NCBI GenBank assembly: GCA_016197285.1
Contig: JACPWD010000019.1
Span: forward strand, 37,992 to 101,991
Direction: 5' to 3'
Source: Deltaproteobacteria bacterium
Lineage (GTDB): Bacteria > Desulfobacterota > Binatia > Bin18
Length of the DNA: 64,000 nucleotides
Below the pieces are notes generated by a model, which saw only the letters and a program-made list of their open reading frames with translations, did not search any database and was not told the DNA's origin. The position numbers and the translations under genes were made by a program. This document shows positions 1 to 11,155 of this stretch, in pieces. The first letter of the stretch is position 1. Each line of letters starts with the position of its first letter.

Positions 1-876
1 GACCCACACCTTGGGCAGGGGTTTGGCCCATTCTTTGTACACCATGACGCCGTGAGCGCGGGCTTCCGGGCCGATCAACAGCAGGGTCTCTTCCATAATT
101 TCGTCCACAGGTTCGCGCTGGAAATGCGGAGGCCGTGGGCGGGCGAATTCGAGGAACTGCTCGAGCAGCAGCGACATGCGGCGCAGTTCTCCTTGCATGA
201 CGTGCACGTCCGCGCCCAGGGGGCCGTCGGAGGGGAGTTCCTGAGCCATGGCGTACATCAACATACTCACCGTGTTGAGGGGGTTGCGGATCTCGTGAGC
301 CAGACCGGCGGATAGCTTCCCGAGCGACGCGAGTTTTTCCGACTGTCGCAGGTGCTCGCGTGCTTCCATTTCGTCGCGGTGTAAGGTCGCGTTTTCGATG
401 GCGATGGCGGATTGATTGGCGAGGAGGGTGAGCAGCCGCACCTCCTCTTCATCGAAGTGCCGTAGCTCGCTGGTATAGACATTGAGGACGCCGATGACCT
501 CGGTCTTGGTGCGGAGCGGGACGGAGAGCAGGGTGCAGAGACCCTCCTGCCGCGCCAACTCGGAGACCGAAGCGCGTGACTCTTTGCGGACATCGGGGAT
601 GTAGAGAGGCCGTCCGCTGCGGACGACCTCTCCAGTGAGGCTGGAGGCCAACTCCCGATCGGGTTGGGCGAGATAGGCAGGGCTCGCGCCGTAGGTCACG
701 GTGGGACGGAGCGTGCCAGCTTCCTTATCGACTAACAAGAGCGAGGCCACCTGCGCTTCCATGAGGCGGCAGGCATGAGCGACGACGCGCTGGAGCACCT
801 CGTCGAGGTGCAGAGTGGAGGTGATCTCCGTGCTGATGGAGATCAGGGCTTCAAGGTGCTCTTGCGACGCGTCCAT
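1..876 (-). CDS. GAF-domain sensor histidine kinase, partial (N-terminal GAF plus HisKA H-box; C-terminus runs off the window)
   Basis: Reverse-strand translation from the ATG (complement of 874-876) gives MDASQEHLEALI...GAF-like region...LASLGKLSAGLAHEIRNPLN (HisKA H-box) and reads without a stop to position 1. It is absent from the ORF track because it is truncated by the edge. Confidence 0.7.
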   Translation of the reverse strand, partial: MDASQEHLEALISISTEITSTLHLDEVLQRVVAHACRLMEAQVASLLLVDKEAGTLRPTVTYGASPAYLAQPDRELASSLTGEVVRSGRPLYIPDVRKESRASVSELARQEGLCTLLSVPLRTKTEVIGVLNVYTSELRHFDEEEVRLLTLLANQSAIAIENATLHRDEMEAREHLRQSEKLASLGKLSAGLAHEIRNPLNTVSMLMYAMAQELPSDGPLGADVHVMQGELRRMSLLLEQFLEFARPRPPHFQREPVDEIMEETLLLIGPEARAHGVMVYKEWAKPLPKVWV

Positions 877-931
877 AGTCTGCTCACGTGGCTATCGAGG
901 TGCCGCGCACCGCCATGAAACACTGGCGAAT

Positions 932-2636
<1,705 letters not shown>

Positions 2637-2923
2637 CTCCTACCTCCCATCGTTATGGCTGTCTGGTGCCAAAATTTGGACGCCAGGCAATGAGCAATGC
2701 GTATGCCAGGCGCGCGCGCCGGAAAGTCCCCAAAAATTAAGCTCTCTTGAGCAGCAGATCGTCAGGGTGCCTAGAAGTAGGGCAGAGGGGCACGCGACTG
2801 CTTAAAGTCTGGACAGTTTCTTGGCCATTCGTTCGGTTGACAGTGCACATCCGATCGCCTAGTGTCTGTCGTACCGAAGGGGATACCCAATACTTGCCTG
2901 TACAAGGCGCAAAGGAGTGTGTT

Positions 2924-3529
2924 ATGGCCATGGCCACTGCGGATTTTGAAACTCGGCAGCTTTTGAAAGCCTACCGAAAAGGGTTGATCTCCGATGAGCT
3001 GTTCGAAGCCCAGATGAAAGAGGTCAATAACGGTCAATGCTTTTCTTACAACGGGAAGAGTTTTGCCACGGAGCGAGAGATGATCATGCATCTCATCGAC
3101 GAATTCCGCTGCGGCGAGAATTTTGCGGCGGAATATCTCCAGAAATGGGTCGATGTCAGCGATCAGGATTGCGTGAAAGGTGGCTTGCGCGTCGTGCAGC
3201 ATCGCGAAGCCTATCATGCGCAGATTCTCGAAGCCCGCCTCCGCGAGCTTGGTGGCGCACCGCAGTGCACCGTGCCGGCAGAGCGCCGGGAAAAAGAGCT
3301 GCCATTCTACAGCTCAGCGGAAACCAAGGACGCACAGAAGCTGCTGTCGATTGCCTCGCGCATTAGCGACCCTGTCGCCGTGCTCAAGCCGCTCAACGAC
3401 GCGATTGCGCAGATCACCGGGGATCAGCAGAGTAAGGAATTGCTGCGTTCGCTGGTCGACGACGAGATGTCGAGTGTGAAATGGCTGTTGGAAGCGTGTC
3501 AGATGATGAACGCGCCGCAGGCTGCGTAA
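2924..3529 (+). CDS. Hypothetical protein (possible ferritin-like / four-helix-bundle fold)
   Basis: ATG at 2924 preceded by AAAGGAG. 201 aa, MAMATADFETRQLLKAYRKG..., with E/H-rich helical segments (HREAYHAQILEARLRELGG). I recognise no family with confidence. The longer 2747 start in the track lacks an RBS. Confidence 0.55.
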   Translation: MAMATADFETRQLLKAYRKGLISDELFEAQMKEVNNGQCFSYNGKSFATEREMIMHLIDEFRCGENFAAEYLQKWVDVSDQDCVKGGLRVVQHREAYHAQILEARLRELGGAPQCTVPAERREKELPFYSSAETKDAQKLLSIASRISDPVAVLKPLNDAIAQITGDQQSKELLRSLVDDEMSSVKWLLEACQMMNAPQAA

Positions 3530-3635
3530 CGCCGCGCATAGACCAGGGGTGAGGAAACACCCTCACGAAAACCCGGCTGGGGACCATGCTTTCGCGAGAA
3601 GGCCTGCCCTAGTACTTCGTCCAGGTGGTTTTGGT

Positions 3636-3795
3636 GGATGTCATTCCAGGCCCTTCGCTTTCGCTCATCCTGAGCGTAGCGCAGCGAAGTCGAAGGACGC
3701 TCAGGGTAAACTCCGCGACGAGGAATCTCAAGCAGGCAGAGGTAGCACGAGATTCCTCACCTTCACTTCGTTCTGGTTCGGAATAACAGCCCCTC
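3636..3795. repeat. Nested-palindrome interspersed repeat (MITE/REP-like), copy 1, carrying an extra internal palindromic insert
   Basis: Shares the core GTCATTCC...GCGACGAGGAATCTCAAG(C/A)AGGCAG...ACGAGATTCCTC...GTTC.GG.TCGGAAT with the element at 44727-44835. It contains the inverted repeats GAGGAATCTC/GAGATTCCTC and an inserted hairpin, CCTTCGCTTTCGC...GCGAAGTCGAAGG with CCTGAGCG...CGCTCAGG. Confidence 0.6.
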
Positions 3796-3881
3796 ATATT
3801 CAAACTGACAGGCTACTAGCCGACTGCCGCTCCAGTCCACCCACCTCTGCGAAGTCTGTTCCTCACCGCTCTTTCCCCTGC

Positions 3882-6800
3882 ATGTCCAATCCCGTTGCGC
3901 TCTCTCCCGCAGTTCTCCAGATTCTCCAGCCGTTGCGCGGCCAACTTGGCACCCGCTGGGAAGCTGTGCTGACCGGGGTTGCCCTCGCGCCTGACCCGGC
4001 ATTGGCGGCGGCAAGTTTCAGCCGTCTGCTCGAAGGTGGGCTCGGGTCCGGTGCCGTGCTGGAGTCCGCAACTTTGTGTAACGACTTGCTCTTCGTGCTG
4101 GGCTCCAGCCAACTCTTGTCGGGAGTGTTGAGTCGTCAGGGAGAAGGCTGGGAAGCGGTCTTTCTGGCTGACCGCACTGCTGCGCTCACAACCGTCGCCG
4201 CGCATCTGTCAGCATTGCACGAATCCCTGTCGTTCGCTCTTTCCGAGGACGAGTTCATGCGCGAGCTGCGTATCTATCGCAACCGCGAGTATTTCCGCAT
4301 TGGCCTGCGCGACCTGCTCGGGCTAGCCTCTTTGTCGGAGACCACCGCAGAATTGAGCTTCCTGGCCGAAGCCGTCGTGCAGATTGCCTACGAATACACT
4401 CGCGCCAGAGTGCGTGTTGCCTACGGTGAGGCGGTGGTACAGGAACAAGATGGCGTGCGTCCGCTTGGGTTCGTGGTGTTCGGTATGGGGAAATTAGGTG
4501 GAGTCGAGCTAAACTTTAGTTCGGACATCGACCTCATTTTTCTCTATGAACGCGACGCCGGTCTGACGACCGGTGGGGAAAAAGGCGCTGTCGAGCCCCG
4601 CATATTCTTTAGTCAGCTCGCGCAGGGACTCACCCGAGTGGTGAGTGAGCTGGTCGCCGGCGGGCGGGTCTTTCGCGTTGACTTGCGTCTTCGTCCTGAC
4701 GGGGTGAACGGCCCGATCGTGAATCCGCTGTCTAACGCCTTGCTTTATTACGAATCCTGGGGGCAAACCTGGGAGCGGGTCGCGCTGCTGAAAGCGCGGC
4801 CCATCGCCGGAGAGAAGGACCTCGGAGAGCAGTTTTTGCGCGATATCGCTCCGTTTGTGTTTCGTCGTTATCTCGACTTTTCCACCATTGAGGATATCAA
4901 AGGGATGAAAGCGCGGGTCGAACGTTCCCTGCGCGCGCCCGAGCGTGGCGGGATGAATGTGAAGTTGGGACGCGGCGGCATCCGCGAGATCGAATTTATC
5001 GTTCAAGCGCTCCAGTTGATCCACGCCGGAAAAGACGGGCGCGTCCGTGAACGCACCACGCTGCCGGCATTAGAGCGGCTGGTGGAGTGTCGCTATCTCG
5101 CGGCGGCGGATCGCGACACGCTGCGCGATGCCTATCGTTTCCTCCGCCATGTCGAGCACAAGTTGCAAATCGTCCAAGATCGCCAAACCCACACCTTGCC
5201 GGAAGATGAGGCCGGTATCCGCGCTTTAGCACGCCGTCTGCGCATCTCGGAACAGCAGGGACAAGTGGGAAGTGGAAAGTGGAAAGTGGAGAGTGACCGG
5301 GGGCCGGATGAGGCGGGGATGTTCTGGGCCGTGCTGCGCGCGCACATGGACGCCGTGCATCAGATCTTCAGCACGCTCTTTCACGACCAGGACGGGGCCG
5401 TGGCTCCGCCGCTTGGAGAGTTTTCCGAGCTGTTTCGTGAACTCCACCAGGAAGAACGTGTCATCTGGCGACTCCAGAAGTTGGGCTTCCAAGAATTGCC
5501 GGAAGCCTATGGCAACTTGCGGTTGTTGCACGATGGTCCGTCACACTCCCCGGCCACGCCCAAACGCCGAAAACTGTTATACGATCTCGCGCCGATGCTG
5601 CTGCAAGAAGTCGCGAAAGCCGCCGACCCGGATCGCGCCTTGGCCGCCATGGCGCATTTAGTGGCTTCGATCGGCGCGCGGTCGAGTTTCTTGGCGCTGC
5701 TCCGCGAAAACCCGCAGACGCTGCATACGCTGATTGGCCTCTTCGGGGCCAGCGCATATCTCACGCAAGTGTTCCTCCGCCATCCGGAGCTGCTCGACAG
5801 CCTCGTGCGCGCGGACTTGGTGCAAGTAAGCAAGGACAAGGAAACGATGCTGGCCGAACTCACGGCGCGCCTTGCCGAGGCCCGCGAGTTCGAGGACCGG
5901 CTGGATATGTTGCGGCGCTATCGCACCGAAGAATTTCTCCGCATCGGTATCAACGACAGCAATGGTTTGCTTGACGTGACCGACGTGACCGCGCAACTTA
6001 CCAGCCTGGCCGAGGTCTGTCTGGCCGGGGCGTACGAAGTCGCGCGCGTGGCGTTGATGGAACAGCTTGGCCTTGCATGTGTGCCCGGGCAACTGGCGAT
6101 CGTCGGCATGGGCAAGCTGGGCGCGGGAGAGCTGAATTATAATTCCGATCTCGATTTGATCTTCCTGTACGCTGCCGAGGAAGAGGAGGCGGCAAGTAGA
6201 ACAAGTGGAACGCTGAGCCCACAGGAATTTTTCACCAAGCTCGTCCAGCGTCTAATTTCCGTGCTCCAAGTGCAGACTCGGGAAGGGTACGTGTATAAGA
6301 TCGATACCCGCCTGCGTCCCTCGGGTCGCTCCGGGTCGCTGGTATCCTCGGTTGCCGCTTTCTTGCGTTATCACGAGACCAGCTCGCAGTTATGGGAGCG
6401 ACAAGCGTTAATCAAAGCGCGAGTGGTCGTTGGCGAGCCCGAGTTCCGCACTGTGGTGGAGACGGCGCTCGCAGGCATCGCCTATGCAGCGGGGATTGAC
6501 GCTGTCGGCGTGGCCGAGATCGACCGCTTGCGCGGGCGCATGGAACAAGAGCTGGCGCACGAACAGGCCGGACGTTTCAACATTAAGACGGGGCGTGGCG
6601 GCATTGTCGATATCGAGTTTCTTGTACAAATGCTGCAATTACGCTACGGTCAACGGCTTCCGACTTTGCGACAACGAGCGACACTTCCGGCGTTGCAGGC
6701 GTTGCACGAGGCCGGCGTGTTGTCTCAAGACGATTATCTGACGCTGACTCAGGGGTATCGCTTTCTGCGCACGGTGGAGAATCGCCTCCGGATCGAACAG

Positions 6801-6980
6801 GATCGGCCCGTGGAAGCGTTGGAGAGCGATGCCGCCTCCCTCACGCCTGTGGCACGGCGACTGGGGTACGAAGGCGAGGCGGCGGCGAGGCAGTTATTGA
6901 CGGAGTACCAGAGTCAGCGCGAGGCGATTCGCGCCTGCTATAGTCGTTGGTTCGCGCGGGAGAAAGGACAAGAAACATGA
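3882..6980 (+). CDS. glnE: Bifunctional glutamine synthetase adenylyltransferase / adenylyl-removing enzyme GlnE
   Basis: Two nucleotidyltransferase cores (GMGKLGGVELNFSSDIDLIFLYE and GMGKLGAGELNYNSDLDLIFLYA), each followed by a GlnE-type helical domain. ~1033 aa from the ATG at 3882 (MSNPVALSP...). The 3549 start in the track would read through the repeat element and is rejected. Confidence 0.9.
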   Translation: MSNPVALSPAVLQILQPLRGQLGTRWEAVLTGVALAPDPALAAASFSRLLEGGLGSGAVLESATLCNDLLFVLGSSQLLSGVLSRQGEGWEAVFLADRTAALTTVAAHLSALHESLSFALSEDEFMRELRIYRNREYFRIGLRDLLGLASLSETTAELSFLAEAVVQIAYEYTRARVRVAYGEAVVQEQDGVRPLGFVVFGMGKLGGVELNFSSDIDLIFLYERDAGLTTGGEKGAVEPRIFFSQLAQGLTRVVSELVAGGRVFRVDLRLRPDGVNGPIVNPLSNALLYYESWGQTWERVALLKARPIAGEKDLGEQFLRDIAPFVFRRYLDFSTIEDIKGMKARVERSLRAPERGGMNVKLGRGGIREIEFIVQALQLIHAGKDGRVRERTTLPALERLVECRYLAAADRDTLRDAYRFLRHVEHKLQIVQDRQTHTLPEDEAGIRALARRLRISEQQGQVGSGKWKVESDRGPDEAGMFWAVLRAHMDAVHQIFSTLFHDQDGAVAPPLGEFSELFRELHQEERVIWRLQKLGFQELPEAYGNLRLLHDGPSHSPATPKRRKLLYDLAPMLLQEVAKAADPDRALAAMAHLVASIGARSSFLALLRENPQTLHTLIGLFGASAYLTQVFLRHPELLDSLVRADLVQVSKDKETMLAELTARLAEAREFEDRLDMLRRYRTEEFLRIGINDSNGLLDVTDVTAQLTSLAEVCLAGAYEVARVALMEQLGLACVPGQLAIVGMGKLGAGELNYNSDLDLIFLYAAEEEEAASRTSGTLSPQEFFTKLVQRLISVLQVQTREGYVYKIDTRLRPSGRSGSLVSSVAAFLRYHETSSQLWERQALIKARVVVGEPEFRTVVETALAGIAYAAGIDAVGVAEIDRLRGRMEQELAHEQAGRFNIKTGRGGIVDIEFLVQMLQLRYGQRLPTLRQRATLPALQALHEAGVLSQDDYLTLTQGYRFLRTVENRLRIEQDRPVEALESDAASLTPVARRLGYEGEAAARQLLTEYQSQREAIRACYSRWFAREKGQET

Positions 6981-8443
6981 CTACGGAACAGACGGAACAC
7001 ACAGAACAGGTAGAACAGGAACGGCCGGCGGCGACGGAGGATTTCGCGTCCATGCTCGCGCACGAAGAGCCGACGCCGGCACTGGTGGAAGGCCAAATCG
7101 TGAAAGGTCGCGTGGTGCAAATCAGCGACGACAGCGTGTTTGTGGATATCCAGGAAAAGGGCGAAGCTATCATCGCCCGCGCCGAACTCGAAGATAACCA
7201 GGGCAATCTGGAAGTTGGCGTCGATGACGAAGTCGAAGCCACCGTGATCAGTACCGATGGGGAAATTCGCCTGTCGCGCAAGCTGCTCAAAGGCATGAAA
7301 GCGCGCGCCCTGCTGGAAAGCGCCGTCGCGAATGGCCTGCCGGTGGAAGGGAAGGTTATGGGTGTCGTCAAAGGTGGATACGAGATTGCCGTCGCCGGAC
7401 TGCGCGCTTTCTGCCCCTTCTCGCAAATCGATATGCGCCGGGTAGAGTCGTCGGATATCTATCTTAATCAGGTGCTGGAGTTTCGCGTGTCTCGCTACGG
7501 CGACAACGGACGGAATATCGTGCTCTCCCGCCGGCAGTTGCTCGAAGAAGCGGCACGAAAAGCTGCCGACGAGGTGCGTCAGAAAATCGTCCCTGGTGCG
7601 GTGTTGCCGGGAACGGTCTCCTCGCTGACGGATTTCGGTGCCTTCGTGGACCTGGGCGGCATCCAGGGGTTGGTGCATGTGTCCGAGCTGTCCCATTCGC
7701 GTGTGGCCAAAGCCGCCGATCTGCTCCAGGTCGGCCAGAACGTGACCGTGAAAGTGCTCAAGGTTGACGAGAAGAGCGGCAAAGGAAAGATCTCGCTCAG
7801 CATGAAAGCCCTGGAAGGCGATCCCTGGACAGCGGTGGCCGGGCAGTTGCGCGAACGGCAACTCGTCAAAGGTCGCATCGTGCGGGCCATGGATTTCGGC
7901 GCGTTCGTGGAGTTGCTCCCCGGCGTGGATGGGTTGTTGCACTTGAGCGAAGTGCCGCGCAACCTGCAAGGACAAGTCAGAGAGGCGGCGGAGAAACAAG
8001 AAGAAGTCACGGTGCTGATCCTCGGCATCGACCAGGAAAAAAAGCGCATTTCGCTTGCACTTGCCCCCGAAGGGAGCGAACCCGGCGGACAGTTGGAATC
8101 CACGGTGGCGGTAGGCTCGGTCATGACCGGGACTGTGGATCGCGTGGAACCGTTTGGCCTGTTCGTGCGGATCGGACCTGGACAGACCGGGTTGATCCCG
8201 AACGCCGAGATGGGGACGCAGCGTGGTGCCGACCATCGTCGAGAGTTCGCTCCAGGGACGGAAGTCGAAGTGCTGGTGCTAGGGATCGAGGAAGGGGGGA
8301 AGCGGATTCGCCTCTCGCGCTCGAAGGCACAGGCGCAGAAAGAGCAGGTGGAAACCCAAGCCTACCTCAAGGGTGCCGTGCCGAAAGGTCGGGGATTCGG
8401 TGTGACCCTGGGCGATCTTCTTCAGCAGAGTCGGAAGAGATAA
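6977..8443 (+). CDS. S1 RNA-binding domain protein (ribosomal protein S1-like, ~4–5 S1 repeats)
   Basis: Repeated S1 motifs (GxV..i.dfGaFVdl.g..GLvHvSel). Start ATG overlaps the glnE stop (ATGA at 6977-6980). N-terminal low-complexity stretch TEQTEHTEQVEQ. Confidence 0.8.
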   Translation: MTTEQTEHTEQVEQERPAATEDFASMLAHEEPTPALVEGQIVKGRVVQISDDSVFVDIQEKGEAIIARAELEDNQGNLEVGVDDEVEATVISTDGEIRLSRKLLKGMKARALLESAVANGLPVEGKVMGVVKGGYEIAVAGLRAFCPFSQIDMRRVESSDIYLNQVLEFRVSRYGDNGRNIVLSRRQLLEEAARKAADEVRQKIVPGAVLPGTVSSLTDFGAFVDLGGIQGLVHVSELSHSRVAKAADLLQVGQNVTVKVLKVDEKSGKGKISLSMKALEGDPWTAVAGQLRERQLVKGRIVRAMDFGAFVELLPGVDGLLHLSEVPRNLQGQVREAAEKQEEVTVLILGIDQEKKRISLALAPEGSEPGGQLESTVAVGSVMTGTVDRVEPFGLFVRIGPGQTGLIPNAEMGTQRGADHRREFAPGTEVEVLVLGIEEGGKRIRLSRSKAQAQKEQVETQAYLKGAVPKGRGFGVTLGDLLQQSRKR

Positions 8444-8503
8444 CTCGTCGGTGCAGTGTCTCGCCGGTCTTTCTGTATGAACGGGAAAACGAGGGATGGA
8501 GAG

Positions 8504-9820
8504 ATGACAGTCGATGCACGAGTCCATGCCGCCAGACGCGAAGCGTTTGTGCAAAAGATGGGTGCCGGGGTCGCGGTTTTTCCAGCGGCACCGGAGTCGA
8601 TTCGCTCGAACGATACCGGCTACCGCTATCGTCAGGACAACGACTTGTTCTATTTGACAGGCTTTCCCGAGCCAGAGGCGGTGTGTTTGCTCTCTCCCCA
8701 CCACGAGAGCGAGCGCTTCATCCTTTTCGTCCGTCCGCGCGATAAAGAGAAAGAGACGTGGACTGGACGCCGCTTCGGGGCCGAAGGCGCCAAAGAGATT
8801 TTTGGCGCGGATGCTGCCTACACCAGCGACAAGCTTGACGAAATCCTGCCTCAGCATTTGGCCACGGCGGAGCAGGTCTACTATAGCCTGGGCCGCGACG
8901 AGCGGATGAATGCGAAGATGCTCGATCTGATGGGGCGCGCGCGTATGATGCGCCCGCGCACTGGGAAAGGGCCGACATCGCTCCTCGATCCGGGCGAACT
9001 CCTGCACGACCTGCGGCTGTTCAAGTCCGAAGGTGAGTTAGGGCTGATGCAGCGGGCGATCACTGCCACCACTGCCGCTCACCATGCCGCTCTGACGCAA
9101 ACGCGGCCCGGCATGTACGAGTACGAGATCGAAGCCGTGTTGGAGTTCCAGTTTCGCCGCCACGGCGCGACGGGACCCGCCTATCCTTCGATCGTCGCTT
9201 CCGGCGCCAATGCCACGATTTTGCACTACATCGAGAACACGAGGCAGATGCAGGATGGCGATCTGCTTTTGATCGATGCGGCCTCGGAGTTCGGTTGCTA
9301 TTGTTCGGACGTGACGCGGACCTTCCCGGTGGGCGCGCGGTTTTCGCCGCTGCAACGCGAGGTGTACTCCCTCGTGCTTACCGCGCAAAAGGAAGCCACC
9401 GCCATGATTCGCCCCGGGGTCCGCTTTGATGACGTGCACCTGCGAGCGACGGAAATTCTGGTGGACGGACTGCGGGAGTTTGGCTTGCTCGCTGGAGAGA
9501 CCAAGGAGATCATCGAAAAAGGCGAGCAGCGCAAATTTTATATGCACCGCACCAGCCATTGGCTGGGGATGGACGTGCACGATGTCGGGGCCTACAAGAT
9601 CGGCGAGGAATCGCGTGTGCTGGAGCCCGGCATGGTGCTGACCGTCGAGCCAGGGATTTATATTGCCGAAGACGCCGAGGGGGTGGAAGAACGCTTCCGC
9701 GGCATTGGCATTCGTATCGAAGATGACGTACTGGTGACGGCCAACGGTCATGAAGTGTTGACCAAGGCGATTCCCAAAGAAATTGACGAGATCGAAGCGT
9801 TGCGGAAGGGGGCAGCATGA
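8504..9820 (+). CDS. pepP: Xaa-Pro aminopeptidase (M24B family, PepP)
   Basis: AMP_N-like N-terminus (HAARREAFVQKM...NDLFYLTGF). M24 metal-binding motifs (DAASEFGCYCSDVTRTFPV, HRTSHWLGMDVHD, GMVLTVEPGIY, IRIEDDVLVT). ATG at 8504 follows GGAGAG. Confidence 0.88.
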   Translation: MTVDARVHAARREAFVQKMGAGVAVFPAAPESIRSNDTGYRYRQDNDLFYLTGFPEPEAVCLLSPHHESERFILFVRPRDKEKETWTGRRFGAEGAKEIFGADAAYTSDKLDEILPQHLATAEQVYYSLGRDERMNAKMLDLMGRARMMRPRTGKGPTSLLDPGELLHDLRLFKSEGELGLMQRAITATTAAHHAALTQTRPGMYEYEIEAVLEFQFRRHGATGPAYPSIVASGANATILHYIENTRQMQDGDLLLIDAASEFGCYCSDVTRTFPVGARFSPLQREVYSLVLTAQKEATAMIRPGVRFDDVHLRATEILVDGLREFGLLAGETKEIIEKGEQRKFYMHRTSHWLGMDVHDVGAYKIGEESRVLEPGMVLTVEPGIYIAEDAEGVEERFRGIGIRIEDDVLVTANGHEVLTKAIPKEIDEIEALRKGAA

Positions 9821-10230
9821 AACGGGGACGGCGTGGAAGTGGGATCATCGGGATTATCGGCGGCTGTACACTATTGGTTTGCGGCGGGTGCACGGTTCAA
9901 CAGCAGCAACAAGTCTTGGGAACGATCGGCCAAGTTATTCCTGGTGCTTCTCAATCGGTGTTCGGCGAGTCAGGTCCTTCCTCCTCGGAGTCGCAAGCCG
10001 CTGCTCCGGCACCGCGAGTCGATCCGAATCGTGTCGAAGCGCAGTTGGTGCTCTACACCCTGCAGCGCGCAATGAGCGACAATCCCTCACCGTTTCAGGA
10101 ATGCCTGGATAAAGCCGAGTGCAAATCCGCGCTGGCTGCGCACCTGATTCGTTTGCAAAAGCAGGCGATGAGTACGCTGGATCTGCCACCGGCGTATGAT
10201 CGCTACGATTTGAAGCGGGGGAAGGAATGA
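9817..10230 (+). CDS. Lipoprotein, hypothetical
   Basis: ATGA overlap with the pepP stop. Signal peptide plus lipobox (GIIGIIGGCTLLVCGGC). 137 aa. Confidence 0.6.
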   Translation: MKRGRRGSGIIGIIGGCTLLVCGGCTVQQQQQVLGTIGQVIPGASQSVFGESGPSSSESQAAAPAPRVDPNRVEAQLVLYTLQRAMSDNPSPFQECLDKAECKSALAAHLIRLQKQAMSTLDLPPAYDRYDLKRGKE

Positions 10231-10290
10231 CAAAGCCCGCCCTCGCCGTCGTTCCCCTGAAAGGCAGGGGCGGCTCGCCGAGCCGCCCGT

Positions 10291-10318
10291 GTAGGGGCGA
10301 GGTATGTCTCACCCCTAC
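10291..10318. repeat. REP-like palindrome GTAGGGGCGAGG-N-CTCACCCCTAC; an adjacent GC hairpin lies at 10267-10289
   Basis: Imperfect inverted repeat whose arm GTAGGGGCGAGG recurs as a perfect palindrome at 15441-15467. Confidence 0.5.
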
Positions 10319-10590
10319 TTCGCCGGATTATTCGCGTGCTTCTGTAAGTAGTCGAGTATCGTTGCGCGCTCATCCGGCGTGGGTAGCGGCACACGTCGCC
10401 GTTGCATTTCTACTTCCATGCGAGCGAGCATGAACTGCCACATATCGGCAGTGAGCAGGCTTGGAGCATAGAGTCGGTGGCACATCGAGCAGCGTTGCTG
10501 GTAGAGCTGCGCCGCAGGAGACTCAGGTTCCGGGAGAGAAGCGTTGCAACCGACAAGACTGGTCAAGGCTAACGCGAACATCAGCCACAT
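10315..10590 (-). CDS. Small mono-heme cytochrome c-like lipoprotein
   Basis: MWLMFALALTSLVGC (lipobox) followed by the heme-binding CSMCH (CXXCH). ~91 aa from the ATG at 10588-10590. The longer track ORF has an implausible Arg-rich N-terminal extension. Confidence 0.55.
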   Translation of the reverse strand: MWLMFALALTSLVGCNASLPEPESPAAQLYQQRCSMCHRLYAPSLLTADMWQFMLARMEVEMQRRRVPLPTPDERATILDYLQKHANNPAK

Positions 10591-10616
10591 CCCTTTTCCC
10601 CGCCTGTCTCTTTGCC

Positions 10617-11099
10617 TCAAAACTCCTCCCGACATACTGCCATCTGCCCGGGGATGTCTTCGATTAGCACCTCGATCGTTTGGATGCCGCCGCGCTGCTG
10701 TTGCAGCCGCTCGCGCAGACGGGCGACTAGGTAGCACGCAATTTCTTCCGATGAGGTATGGACGAGCGGCAAGAGACACACGTCTTGCCGAGGCAGGAGA
10801 AATTCCGTGCCGTCTTCGCAGCCGATATGCACGGCACCACCGCGCTCCTCAATCGTGAGACAGTCGCTCTCGCGCGGGAGCAGGGTGCGGAAGTGGAGTT
10901 GGGCGCATTCTTCCTCGGCGACTTTCTTTAAGACCAAGAAATCGACCACATAGCCGTCCGGCCCGACCGGGCCGCTGACCGTGACTTGCGCTTGATACGT
11001 ATGCCCATGCAGCGGCTCGCGAAACCCGCGAAACGCAATGAAGTGAGCAGCGGTGAAACGCAACATTTCTTTGCCGATCGATACGGAGAAAATGCTCAT
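10617..11099 (-). CDS. 6-pyruvoyl-tetrahydropterin synthase / QueD-family protein
   Basis: PTPS signature FTAAHFIAFRGFREPLHGHTYQAQV (the Zn-binding CxxxHGH-type region). 160 aa. Confidence 0.8.
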   Translation of the reverse strand: MSIFSVSIGKEMLRFTAAHFIAFRGFREPLHGHTYQAQVTVSGPVGPDGYVVDFLVLKKVAEEECAQLHFRTLLPRESDCLTIEERGGAVHIGCEDGTEFLLPRQDVCLLPLVHTSSEEIACYLVARLRERLQQQRGGIQTIEVLIEDIPGQMAVCREEF

Positions 11100-11155
11100 G
11101 ATCGTCCTCGCGTAGTCATCTTCGCATGGTCATCTTCGATTGCTAGGAGAAAAGA

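Noticed and set aside
2637-2923. TGGCAC-like sequence (TTTTGGCACCAGACAGCC) upstream of the porin–glnB operon as a sigma-54 promoter
   Set aside because: The GG–GC spacing is off by one and the -12 element is poor. I did not call it.
3549-3881. N-terminal extension of glnE from the upstream ATG
   Set aside because: It would translate through the nested-palindrome repeat element, with Arg/Pro-rich nonsense composition. An ATG at 3882 gives a canonical GlnE N-terminus.
6938-8236. 432-aa minus-strand ORF
   Set aside because: Antisense to the S1-domain gene. His/Arg-rich composition typical of GC-rich shadow ORFs.
9038-9751. 237-aa minus-strand ORF
   Set aside because: Antisense to pepP, whose M24 motifs are unambiguous.
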